Shown: positions 1 to 11,811 of the stretch, one piece after another
Numbering within the stretch: the stretch's first letter is position 1
Layout of the letters: every line of letters begins with the position of its first letter
From: Basidiobolus meristosporus CBS 931.73
Lineage: Eukaryota > Fungi > Basidiobolomycota
NCBI GenBank assembly: GCA_002104905.1
Contig: MCFE01000058.1
Coordinates: forward strand, 62,001 to 126,000
Direction of reading: 5' to 3'
DNA: 64,000 nucleotides
Translations under genes and position numbers: made by a program
Notes under the pieces: generated by a model
Seen by the model: the letters and a program-made list of their open reading frames with translations, nothing else
The model's database searches: none
Told to the model about the DNA's origin: nothing

Positions 1-793
1 TTCTAAAAATGTAATAGAGGAAGCATGAAAGGACCAGAAGAACGAACAAAGTGCCTTTAACTCCATTTGCCTTAATGTCAAAGACATTTGTTAATTCAAT
101 GCTCAAGAGCAAAATGGCAAAGAGGGCCTGGAAGGCATTAGAATACACCTACCAGTCATGTTCAGCTGCTAAGAAAATATATATCTGAGACAAAAAATCT
201 CTACCACAAAGACGCAGCCAGGAGAAGAAACAAACAATCTAATTGACAGAATTACCCTGCTGGTGGATGAGATGGAATATGTGGGCATACCAACTACTGA
301 TGAGGATGTGACAGTACCATCCTGAATAGCCTGACAGACAGGTTTCAGGGCCCTGTATCAGCCCTAGAGTCCAGAACTGAAGATTTGACCCTATATTATG
401 TATATGGAAGGCTCCTGGATGAAGAATTCAGAAAGTCAAGCAGCAGTAAGAAGGAAGAAGAAAATGCTTTAATAAGCAATGATAACCAACAAAAGGGGTA
501 CCCAAGACCCTACAAAGGCAATAGCAAGCTGTTTTGCAACTACTGCAAAAGGAAAGGACACAAATCAGAATGGTGTCTTGAAAAGAGAGATAATCAGCAA
601 AAGAAGCCTGAATATGGAAATGCTGCAACAGCTGAAGATAGGCTATTCATATCTGCACAAAATGTGACCACAGACAAGGACTCTCAGACATGGTACATTA
701 ATTCTGGAGCATCTTAACACTTTCCACACCAAAAAGACCTTTTTACCCAATACCAAGAAATTCCAATTAAGAAGGTTTTCATGGGTGACAATA
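1..793 (+). mobile_element. Ty1/copia family A host element, 5' part (decayed gag with zinc knuckle, start of protease)
   Basis: ORF 385-717 has CNYCKRKGHKSEWC (CX2CX4HX4C) and WYINSGAS (copia protease W-x-x-DSGAS). It is colinear with the reverse complement of ~18660-19460. Homology stops at 793 and resumes about 20 bp further along the element at ~12357. Confidence 0.9.
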
Positions 794-999
794 CCCTGTG
801 AGGAATAGTTTGGTCCTGCAGGTGGATCCAATCCAGATCAGCCATGAAGATCCTATTTAGAGACCATCATAATAGCAGCAGCTTGGAATTAGTGACCCTC
901 CTAACAATCTTATCACAAGATCATGACGGTGTTTTGCTAATTTTACAGCCAAATAAAGGGATAAAACTGGACAATATTTTATTGGTGCTGTAGCAATAT

Positions 1000-3556
1000 T
1001 TGCATGGTATTGTTGTAGTCTTTCAGCGCTCTATAACTGTTTTAAGTAAATCAAGTCAGCCAGGACATCCAATTGCCTTATATGGCAAGAGACTTGACAG
1101 TATCTTGATGGCCTCACAGCAAGACTCTGATGGTATTATGTTGGCAGTATGAAGGCCTACCACTGGTTCTGTATAATGCTACCGTACCAATTTACTAAAT
1201 ATTATTTCCTTTTTCTACCTCCCATTGTGCAATTCATATATTCCACTGTAGAATTGCCTTTCTTTATTTGCTTACCCACTACTACCTTGGGTATTCCACA
1301 TATAGTTTGAATAAAAAAAACTATGCCCTCCTGGTTACTAACCTTTACAAACATGCACACCTGCCGCAATTAACATACTTCTATCACCTCAACTTTACAG
1401 CTTTTTAGTGCGATACTTGCAAAGCTGCCATATACCTTGTACTGCTGGTAACATAACATCTTGCAAACATATGCTTAGTTGTTGCCACTTCTGCCATAAA
1501 TACCTCCTGAATATCTGCAAAGAACTTCTTGGTATTTAGCCAATATGTTCCTTCTCCCTGCTGGATTCTAGTCCCCCTTATAGGTGCGCTCTGGCTTTTG
1601 TTTGTGTGAGTTCTGTATTGAATGGTGTAGAAGTTGGCTTGTGACCACAATAAATCCGGCATATCTTGGTGGAGTCTTCCTGATAAAAATTAGTTGCTTG
1701 TTGCACCCAGTCCAACTTTGCATTACTTAACTGCTTACCCCTGCATTGGGGCTGCTTAGCTTCTTAATGCCATAGGCATCGGTGTATTCATGTGCACATT
1801 TGTCCTCAGTATCTTCCAACTCTTTCTGGCTGTCCTCCATGTGCTAACTCATCACATCCATGACAGACTTGAAGGTATATTCTTGATGAGATTGGGATAT
1901 GGTAATGCCTGCACATTGACTTGTCTTCCTATCTCCCCACACATCCGCTCCATAGGAAACTCCCAAAAGGTGAAGCAAGGCCCAATATTCTCCACACACT
2001 GTGCAAGATAGAGTAGAGAATGGATACAGTAGCAGCAGAGATCTACATGTTCAGCTTTATGTTTGTAGTATAGCCATTCAAATCCTGTTACAAACTCCTC
2101 ACACAACAGCTGTAGATGCGTCAAGTTGGCATTGATGATCTGCTGTTGGATAAATATTCCTACAATGTCCACATATGACTCCCAATGCTTCCAATGTACT
2201 CTTGGTAGAAGTGGCTTCAGTACACCACTTGAATAAATACATATCTAGCTCATCCAGTCTTTGCTTTGTATTGTTGCATATGCATATGAATATTAATTGG
2301 AGCCCATGAGAAGTACTTAGGGTAACTGATACTATGTAACATCTTGTCAATTCTTTCAAATTTCTCCAGTATCTTGAAGGGCTCATTTAGCTTGAAATGC
2401 CCCATGTACTACTTGGTCATCAGTATAGGGATATTGCTGAAAAGCAAATGCATTGCTCCCAGTGGAAAGCTTTTGCTCCAACAAATACCTTCTATCTTAA
2501 GCATCTCCAGTTTCTGATTGATTCCATATTCTGGCCAATGGCTTATATGTTATCCTGCTGGAAAGCATACAAAACTCATCCAGCAATGAATACAGGTAGC
2601 TATCCAGGCTGGATAGTGATTTTGGCCCAGATACCAGTGAGACTACTATCAGATTATTGCTCTGATACCATAAGATGGGTGGTAGATTCAGATTGATGAG
2701 AATCAGGGCCAGCAGGATTTGCTGGTAGAGTACTTGTTTGATGAGAATCCATCAAGTGCTAAAGCAAAGGAATGGTCATACATACCTTCAAAGTAGCCCT
2801 TGCTTCTTAGCTGTTTGTAATATTTGCCATTAAATATATTGGATATGCTTACACTTGATTGATACTGAGTGTGGTACTGTATAGCTTTGCAATATTTGTT
2901 GGACTGCATCAGTTTCCTCAGATGGGGTATGACTGGAATATATCCAGAGTGTGAATGATGTTTTCCCTTAATGGTGGTGGATTCCTGAAATTTGGACATG
3001 TTGCAATGGTAGCATTTTTGGATGTGAATGCCATGCAACTGTTAACACATGCTGGAATCAGGACAGTCTCTGGATCATATGTTGCTAGCTGCATGACAGT
3101 TGTCAACTTTTACCATATACATGGTAAGTTGCATCCTGGTATGATTTTGGCAAGAAGTAGTAATAAATCCTCAAAGCCCCCATTACTGATATTAGTGGAA
3201 ACGCACCACTTCTCTAGACACAACATTACATCATTTGTCTGCAGATGGATTACTGGGCTCACTTGGCTCCATAAAGTATTCTTGGCATTTGTTTCAACAG
3301 GTGTTGTCTCATTACATATGGGGATTTGACTGGGCTCATATGTGGTACTGTTGTTAGGGGCGATAGGATCAAAATCCATCAGTGAGCCTTCTTTGTCAGA
3401 GCTATCCCTCTGCATGCCATATTCAGAAGGCTGAGGTGAGCCTAAAGGCTTCACAAACTCACCTGACTCAGTTTGCACAAGGTGACAAAGACGGCCAGGT
3501 GCTGATATAAAAGTATCAACTGGCCAGCAAGATAATGTTGGTACAATAGTCACCAA
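1000..3556 (-). pseudogene. Transposase_21/Tnp2-like (CACTA/EnSpm) transposase pseudogene
   Basis: Fragmented ORFs carry family motifs: ACVNSCMAFT..TCP (2918-3106), YIPVIPHLRKL / IFNGKYYKQL / FALALDGF..CWP (2703-3038), FPLGAMHLLFSN (~2430-2470), HSLLYLAQCVENIGPCFTFWEFPMERMCGEI (1852-2172). Many stops and frameshifts. The 3' limit is approximate. Confidence 0.8.
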
Positions 3557-3960
3557 TGAATGGTCAAATATGACTTGGGTGGCAAAACACTAGCTGTGAT
3601 CCTTGTAATACTTTCTATGCTGTCTGCATGCTTCATGGCTGAGAGGCTTGCCACAATAGCCACATGGTCTTTTTTCTCTTCTCATACGGCGTTGAGTCAA
3701 AGTAGTCTTGTCCATGGGGCAAACAGTTTGACCTTCGACAACATAATGCTATTACAACACTTTTTGGTCAACACTTATGTGAACTTAAGACAGTCTTGTA
3801 TTTGTGACACTGCACCTACATGAATGCAAGATTCAATGTGACCCACCATAGTAAGCATTATAAGTAAAGTTGTGGCACCACATACACATGTATATGTAAC
3901 ACTATTTCCCCTTTGGTTTGACTCACTTCCATACATATAGTGCCAAATAATAAAGCAAAG

Positions 3961-5109
3961 TTGTCTGGTTCTCAGCAAAACCCCACCACTGATGGCAACA
4001 GAAGAACAGTTGGAGAACAGCTTGCTTAGACATTCAGTGCAACAAGTGGGGCTACATCCAAAAAAGGCCCTGTGAACAGTGTGCCCATTGAAGGCAATAA
4101 TGTGGACCCCTCAGGCTCTCAGGCAAGTAGGCAATTGAGAACCTCTGCAGAGCTACAATCTGACCATTATACTCAGGCAGATGAGAATGTAGCAAATGCA
4201 GTACCCTCAGTTGAAGATCAGCAAGTGGCTATGATAACATCACCACCACCCATATTAGCAAGCATGTTTTCAGCACATACAAAAGCATTAATGATGCAAT
4301 TAGGTGCAGTGGCTGATAGGATAGATGCAATAGCCCATAGAAAGCAGGAAATAGTCCAGAAACAGGACAAGCGGATAATATGTGTAGAGCAATCAATATC
4401 CCAGGAACAGAAAGCAGTATCTTTGCTGCAAAGAACAAACTCAAGTAGCTCAATGTCACAGCCAAGAATTGAGCCATTTCTCAATGTAACAGCAGAGGAA
4501 CACCACACAGTCTATGAAGCACAACAACAGTGCCCAAAGATAGAGCCCACAGAACAACCTATCACAGCATGGGAGGGAGACAACGTGATGTTTATACTAA
4601 AGCCTAAAAATCAAAAGACATTAAAGATCCATGAAGCCATTGAGTGCAATAATGAAGAGTGGGCTAATATACAAGGGGCCGTCAGAAGTCTAGCATGCCA
4701 TCACCATGAGGCCAGCATACCATGGGACCATCAGGAACTCAAGGCCAAGCAGAATGCACTTGACTTTTTTCATGAGCATTATCCTGGACTCAAACAGGCA
4801 AAAAGATTTTGGGCCAGCATTGGTATACTAAGAAAGTATCTCAAGAATAGCAGAAACTATCAAAGGCAGAAGAGCAAGGGTGCCATGGCTAAAAGCCAGC
4901 AGCTTCCTCAAGAGCCCATTACAAGCAAGGCCAAAAGCTCTGGACAAGCATCAAAGAGACGTAAGGCAGCTAGAAGCGTGCTAATTTGGGACAAGCAGGC
5001 AGACATGGATGCACCAGCAAAAATTTATCAAGGAAAAAGCATAGTACCACTCAAAAAGCACCCAATCAAAGTAGCAGTGAAGGACCTGGCAGTGATAAAA
5101 ACCAGCCGC
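3961..5109 (+). pseudogene. Companion (TnpA-like?) gene of the CMC element, 5' part; includes the 350-aa ORF 4072-5124
   Basis: The frame extends back to TTG at 3961, which is ATG in the homolog at 58951, with one in-frame TAG at 4027-4029. It has a coiled-coil-like stretch and a helical motif W-x2-IQ..VRSL..PW-x2-Q..K..A..F..YPGL..FW..ILRKYLKNSRNY. Cut by the solo LTR at 5110. Confidence 0.65.
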
Positions 5110-6181
5110 TGTGGTGGTGTATAGGTCCAAGGGAGAGATACGTCCAACACTTCTCAAGTGTTTTGTGTGTGGGGTGTTCACTGGGTGCGATAACCTCTGG
5201 CAAAAGCTTGCTAGGAATACTTGGGTTCTGTCTCTAATCTAATGTGAAGGGGAATAAAGCCACAAGCTTGTCAAGGGAAAACTATTGAGCTACAATCCCC
5301 AACTTAGTTGGTGTCTAAACAAAAGTATGTGCTGGGTTCAGCATCCTTTGAGATGACAATGTACTAAAGCTTCCAAAGTCAAAACAACTGTAAACTCCAC
5401 AAGCAGGGACTTGATAAGAATGCAGCTGTGGTCAATAGTTACAAAGACAGAAAAGTATCTTTGCCTGTACAAGAACAAACTTGGGAAAGAATCAAAATAT
5501 AATAAAAGATACCTACTCTGAGTATTCCTCACAAGCAGTGCCTCCAAGGTCAGTTTGCTGTCAGCATGGTTTCCTGGGAGTGTCCTGTGGTCTGGGGTTG
5601 GAAGTTCAGGTAGCAGCAGGTAGCAGTGATCACACTAATCAACAAGTTGGTATATTAATAAAAGGGATGATAATTTATTGTTGAGTCATAGCCTCCCTTA
5701 TATACTTTTCTTACTGGCTAAGTGATTACTGATTATGGTGTTCCAGAAGGTTCCAGATATCAATAGAAATCTTAATGACATCAGAACAACCTAAGGATGT
5801 TCTAAGTAGGTGCTGGAAGGTTCTAAGAGACACAGCACATCCAACCAATCAGGAATCAGTATTCTGAAACCTGTGTAACATGGGGACACCATATATGGTA
5901 TGAAAATGGTAGGGATGGTAACATGGGTTTGATCATGTGTCACAGGTACTGGCGCGGGTACTTGCCTAATATAGAAGCACTTATAGCTAGTAATCTACAT
6001 AAAGTGAGGGGTAGCTTATGCAATAAGGTAAGCAGGTGTGATAGTCAACTGGCTTATGGGATAGTACTGATTGGGTAAGACAAATGGGATAAAACTAAAA
6101 TAAGTGTAGTAGAGATATAGGAGAGTAGAGAATAAGGGAATGAGCACATCTGTCAGTGGGTGTCACTGTCACCCCACTACA
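5110..6181 (-). repeat. Solo LTR of gypsy family A (1072 bp)
   Basis: TG...CA ends. Reverse complement of 6880-7950 (about 90% identity or better by eye). Flanked by 4-bp TSD CCGC (5106-5109) / CTGC (6182-6185), which differ by one CpG transition. Confidence 0.92.
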
Positions 6182-6879
6182 CTGCTTTTACAGGAGCTTG
6201 TCACAACTATGGTGACAGCTCAAAACAAGCTGAAAGGAAATGTCAGGTTGCCAGATGAGTGCCAGCAAGGGACAAGCAGGCCAAAACAGATGTGTCTGAG
6301 CAAAATTTATCTAGTAGAAAACGTAGTTCTTTACAAGAGGCGCTCAGACAAAGTAGCAGTGAAAGATCTGGCTGCAATAAAGGAAAAGGTAAAGGGAGAA
6401 ATGTCTACCCAAGCCTGAGACAGGGAGGCATGCAAAAAACTGCAGCTCTTGCCAATTAATGCTGCAAGCCAGGAACAGACTGAATCCCATCATAGCCAAG
6501 AAGAATTACCAACAAGAAAACAGCTGTTTTCACAAGAGTTGGAAGTGCAGCCAGTTGAGCTACACTCAAGCAAGGTAGATGAGTTTGCTGAAAAAGGCAA
6601 TTTATCTACCACAGCATCCACAGCCTCCACAGCCTCTGCAGCCTCCATTGATGACAGAGTGGATATCCCACTGACAGACAAGGCTACAATGTCAAGAGCT
6701 TAAAAGATTATTGCAATGCCTTCAGTGGAGCTTTGGAACATCAATAGGAATACCAAGAGGTTGCAGCACTTCTTCAAGAGCAGTGCTCAAGAAATTGCAC
6801 TGGAATATTGCAAGGATTTATTGCAAAGACTGGAAGATGAGGAGCTAGACTTTGCAGTGCCAGCTGAAGACCAGGATGT
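6182..6879 (+). pseudogene. Companion gene of the CMC element, 3' part (interrupted)
   Basis: ORF 6449-6703 and the downstream SVELWNINRNTKRLQHFFKSSAQE..EYCK are clearly homologous to ORF 63067-63537. 6268-6380 repeats 4989-5100 internally. Confidence 0.7.
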
Positions 6880-7950
6880 TATAGTGGGGTGACAGTGACA
6901 CCCACTGACAGATGTGCTCAATCCCATATTTTCTACTTCCCTATATCTCTACTACACTTATTTTAGTTTTATCCAATTTGTCTTACCTGATCAGTACTAT
7001 CCCGTAAGCCAGTTGACTATCACACCTGCTTACCTTAGTGCATAAGTTACCCCACACTTTATGTAAGATTACTAGCTTTAAGTGCTTCTATATTAGGCAG
7101 GTACCTGCTCCAGTACCCATGACACATGGTCAACCTGTGTTACCATCCCTACCATTCCCATACCATATATGGTATCCCTTTGTTACACAGGTTTCAGAAT
7201 ACTGATTCCTGATTGGTTGGATGTGCTGTGTCTCTTAAAATCTTCTGGCACCTACTGAGAACATTCTTAGGTCATTCTGATGTCATTAAGATTTCTACTG
7301 ATATCTGGAACCTTCCGGAACACCATAATCAGTAATCACTTAGCCAGTTAGAAAAGTATATAAGGGAGGCTATGACTCAACAATAAATCATCATCCCTTT
7401 TATTAATATACCAACTTGTTGATTAGTGTGATCACTGCTACCTGCTGCTACCTGAACTTCCAACCCCAGACCACAGGACACTCCCAGGAAACCATGCTGA
7501 CAGCAAACTGACCTTGGAGGCACTGCTTGTGAGGAATACTCAGAGTAGGTATCTTTTATTATATTTGATTCTTTCCCAAGTTTGTTCTTGTACAGGTAAA
7601 GATACTTTTCTGTCTTTATAACTATTGACCACAGCTGCATTCTTATCAAGTCCCTGCTGGTGGAGTTTACAGTTGTTTTGACTCCGGGAGCTTCAGTACA
7701 TTGTCATCTCAATGAATGCTGAACCCAGCACATACTTTTGTTAAGATGCAAACTAAGTTGAGGATTGCAGCTCAATAGTTTTCCCTTGACAAGCTTGTGG
7801 CTTTATTCCCTACCACATTAGATTAGAGACAGAACCCAAGTATTACAAGCAAGCTTTTGCCAGAGGTTATTGCACCCAGTGAACACCCCACACACAAAAC
7901 ACTTGAGAAGTGTTGGATGTATCTCTCCCTTGGACTTATACACCACCACA
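6880..7950 (+). repeat. 5' LTR of gypsy family A (1071 bp)
   Basis: T(A)TAGTGGGG...CACCACCACA. Followed by a PBS and gag. Inserted after CAGGATGT of the companion gene; the uninterrupted site is visible at ~63451-63465. Confidence 0.92.
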
Positions 7951-7954
7951 TACT

Positions 7955-7971
7955 TGGCACCTAACGTGGGG
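7955..7971 (+). promoter_or_regulatory. Primer-binding site, tRNA-Lys(CUU)-type
   Basis: TGGCACCTAACGTGGGG versus the canonical tRNA-Lys1,2 PBS TGGCGCCCAACGTGGGGC (two transitions). It lies 4 nt after the LTR end. Confidence 0.8.
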
Positions 7972-8090
7972 GGTTCATACAAGCTCCCTAGGGCCCAATA
8001 AGATTTACCTGAAGATTTGAGCTGTTATCCACTTATTGAAAAGAGACTACCAATATTATCAAGATTACAACACCAACCTACCTGGCCAAA

Positions 8091-11000
8091 ATGAACTCTG
8101 TGCCATTACCACTCTCACATGGAGCCCCACAGTTTGATGGAAAGAATGTGGAAGGCTTCATATTCAAATGGGAGAAGCTCTGCAAGATGTTCAGCTTATC
8201 TGAACAAGAAATGGCTGAAGACTTCCCCTACTACTGCACCAATGATAGTACCACTAAGCATCTCAGACAGGAGACATTCTCACTGACTGGGCCTTTATGA
8301 AGATCTACCTACAGACCAAGTATGGTAGCCCCAGATATACTATGGAATTGAAGACCTCAGACACTTTGGAAGGACTGGGATTTCCAAGCTACCACTTGAA
8401 GAGTTCATTCAACAATATGAAGATATGGCCTAGCCACTCCTAGAGTCCCAGGCTATAACTGAGTTTAGCATGACACTTTACCTTGCACAAGGGCTTCCCC
8501 AGGACTTGGCAAGGAAAGTTGACTTACATGCAGCCAAGGATGACAAGTCAAGCATTCCTTGCTTTGCAGAGATGAAATGTGTTCTTCTAGAAGCAAAGTA
8601 AACTTCCACCTTTATGTGACTCCTGACATCTAATCTGCCAGACCAGTCAACCAAGGTGCCAAGGAGTGCTGTTGCTGACAATCAGACCTACACTACCAAC
8701 AGAATTGACCAACTTGCTGAGCAGCTACAAAAGCTAGCCCTCAAGATTAATGGCTCAGTTGAGGTAGCTACTGAGGGCCAAAGACCTTTGCCCAGACACT
8801 GCATCTGGTGTGACTCTACTCAACATGCCAGACAAGAATGCTCAGAGCTTAGTCAGCTACTCAGAGAAGGAGCAGTGCAGTTTGATGCTGATGGAATGCT
8901 TGCTGACAAGGAAGGAAGAAGGATTCCTACTAATTTTCAAAGAGGAGGGATGAGAGCCCTTTTCCAGAAATCTGACTCAGTAACCAGAAAGATTACTGTT
9001 GATGCCCCTATTGGAACTCATACAGTGCATCCAAGCAGCCCTGACAACAGACAATACAAAGTTGATGCCTTTGCTACCAAAAGACACCTCCCTGAAGAAC
9101 CTGCCAAACCCATCCTTAGAAGTCTACAATTTGAAGAACCTGAGGTTGTTGTTAACAAGAGGCCTAGTATGCTGCCCACCCAAGATCCATTGCCTCACTT
9201 TCAGATGACCTCAAAGATAGCAAGATACTCAAGCCCTCAACTGATTACTGAGAAGCTGCTGAAGCTGAACCTCCCATTGTTGGTTGGAGAAATCATGAGT
9301 GTATCACCATCTGTTAGGAAGACCATTGATGAGCAGCTAAGAACAAGACAACAAGCCATTGAACATATGGATACCCATATAATTCAGACAAACCATGAAG
9401 ACCACCAAAAGGATGACAACACTACTGAATATTAGACCTTTTACTCAGTTGCAACTGCTGTGGGGAAAGGGTATATATATGATGACCCTGTTAACTGCCA
9501 TATTGACAGTGGCTCAGAGACTTGTGTTATGCCGCTAGACTTCTGAAAGTGACTCAGAAGCAAGGAGCTACTGCCTGTTGATAGAGATATTGGATGGAAC
9601 ATGACTGATGCAAACTCATTATCCAGTCCACTCTATGGTGTAGTGCACAAGTTTCCTATTGAGGTACAAGGAATCAGGGTCTGGCTTCCCCTCTTCATCT
9701 GCCAGAAGGCAAACTTTGACCTTCTGCTAGGTAGACCATGGGAAACCAGTACCAAGGCTACAACTACCAACTATTCCAATGGGTCAGTATGGTACACCAT
9801 ACAAGGATCCAACCCAGGGCTACAGTTGACCTTCTGTGGTTTAACACACAACAATAAGAGGACACATACTGCTTGCCAGAAGACACATCTTATTATAGAA
9901 GAAGACAAGGAGTCTGACAATATGCACCCCAACATTTTGAGCTGCTCATTAGGTATACAGGAGCGGAGAGCCATGGTTTGAACAGAATACAAGATGGTAA
10001 AACAGAAGATTAGACCATCACTTACACCTTTGATCAATGGTCCTTGACCTGCTGATTACATTAGACCACCAGAAGAAACACTAGAAGATATACAACTTAC
10101 ACCTGAGAGACTTAAGCAACTTATCATTGGTGATGGAAACCTAACACTAGAGGAGATACCATTATTTGATGAAACCTTGAAAAGGCATGATAAGGTCTTC
10201 TCATATAATGACAAGGAGATGGGACTATTAAAGACATTGGTTGAAAAACCTATCAAGACTCATACAGTGCCCCACACACCCTGGTCATTTAAGCCTTACC
10301 CACTGCCCAGAGGACTCCAAGTTGATGTGCACAACCTACTTAAGAAGAAGATAGAAGCTGGTATCATAGAATCTTGCCATGGACCTTATGTTAACAGATG
10401 GTTTGTGACCAAAAAGAAGAATGGAAAGCTCCAATTCATTCAAGACATGCAACCTGCAAATGCTGTCACTATCAGAGATGCTGCTATACCTCCATCTATT
10501 GATGACTTTGCAGAAAGCTTGAGTGGCCACTCCATCTACTCAACATACAATCTCTACTCAGGATAAGACCAGATCCCCCTTGATGAGACATCAAGAGATA
10601 TGTTTGCACTCCAGACACCATATGGACTGTTGAGGATGACAAGACTAAGCCAAGGGGCTACAAACTCCATGGCTCAGTTCCAGAGATGCATGGTGAATGT
10701 GCTGTATCAGTTTATACCTGAGAAACTTGCTGTCTTTGTTGAGGACATAGGAATCAAAGGACCAAAATTCCAGGACACCACTGAAGTTATGCCTGGAGTA
10801 AGAAAGTTTGTCTATGACAATATCTCAGACAATGATGCCATATTAGGAGTCATTCAAGAAACTGGACTCACCATCAGTGGTGGGAAAAGCAGAATTGGTG
10901 TATCAGAGATATCCATTGTTGGACAAAAATGCAACACCTTTGGTTGTTCACCTGGAGACTCCAAGACACAAAAGATATGCAACTGGCCTACCCCCACAAA

Positions 11001-11733
11001 TCTGACACAAGCTTGTGGCTTTGTGGCAGCTTGTAGGTACTTTAGGATCTGGATCCCAAGATTTTCTGCAATAGCAGAACCAATCTACCAACTACAGAGA
11101 AAGAATACACCATTTACCTGGGGAGAAGAGCAAGAAGAAGCCATGCAATTACTGAAAGAGGCCTTAGTATCTCCACCAATTCTAAGACCTCTTGACTATC
11201 AGAACACTGAATGCCCACCTATTTTGACAGTGGATGCAAGCCCTACAGGAGGTGGAGCACTAATTGGCCACAATGATGAAGATGGCAACTGCTATGCCGG
11301 CAGACATGAGAGTTGCCTATTCTCTCCTAGACAACAAGGATACTCACAGATCACAAACCAATGGATGGCATTGCTGAAAATGTTTGACTTTGAGGTCAGA
11401 CATATCACTGGCAAGACAAATGTTGTGGCTGATGCACTCTCCAGGAAGGGGCCACAATTATTTGAAGACTTGGACCCTCACTTTGATGATATTATTGATG
11501 CAGAGATCCAACAGAATGCCATCAAAGACCAAGAGACAACTACCTGGAGTCTGATCAAGGAATATCTAAGGACACTTAAGAAACCTAGTTGGATGGAAAT
11601 TCAGGAGTTTAGAAAGCTCTGGAAGAAGGCACACCACTACTATCTCAAAGATGATCTTCTCTTTAAGCAAGTGAAGCCTGGACTTATGCCAAGAAGAGTA
11701 GTCACTACCCCACAAGAGCAACTGAACATCATA
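8091..11733 (+). pseudogene. Ty3/gypsy (Ylt1-like) gag-pol pseudogene, truncated at the start of integrase
   Basis: Gag PQFDGKNVEGF..; zinc knuckle CIWCDSTQHARQEC; protease HIDSGSE (~9500); RT TPYGLLRMTRLSQGATNS and FVEDIGIKGP (degenerate YxDD); RNase H TVDAS...FDFEVRHITGKTNVVADALSR. Homology ends after PRRVVTTPQEQLNII. Confidence 0.92.
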
Positions 11734-11811
11734 CCCTATGAAAAGTTATTGAGATTATCCCGGCAAAAGGGCGCCACAAAGTTGATGTTTGTGACTAAGA
11801 GGTACTGATCT
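11734..11811 (+). mobile_element. Possible left end of another CMC-type element (CCCTATG...)
   Basis: CCCTATGAAAAGTTATT begins at the codon where gypsy integrase homology stops and resembles the termini at 794 and 61011. Only ~7-10 nt match. Confidence 0.4.

Larger units (their letters stand above)
794..6879. mobile_element. CMC (CACTA/EnSpm-like) DNA transposon, copy 1; left terminus CCCTG at 794, right end not found
   Basis: Starts CCCTGTGAGGAATAGTTTGG exactly where copia homology ends. Copy 2 starts CCCTATGCAAAATAATTTGG at 61011. Both fit the CMCWR terminal consensus of the CMC superfamily. Contains the transposase (-) and a second gene (+). Confidence 0.75.

Noticed and set aside
4072-5124. 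350-aa ORF as an intact host gene
   Set aside because: It starts after an in-frame stop, ends inside an LTR, and has decayed homologs tied to the transposase, so it is element-borne and disrupted.
9433-9435. In-frame TAG between gypsy A gag and protease as programmed read-through
   Set aside because: Further in-frame stops follow within ~40 codons and CAG>TAG decay is common in this window. Simple mutation is more parsimonious.
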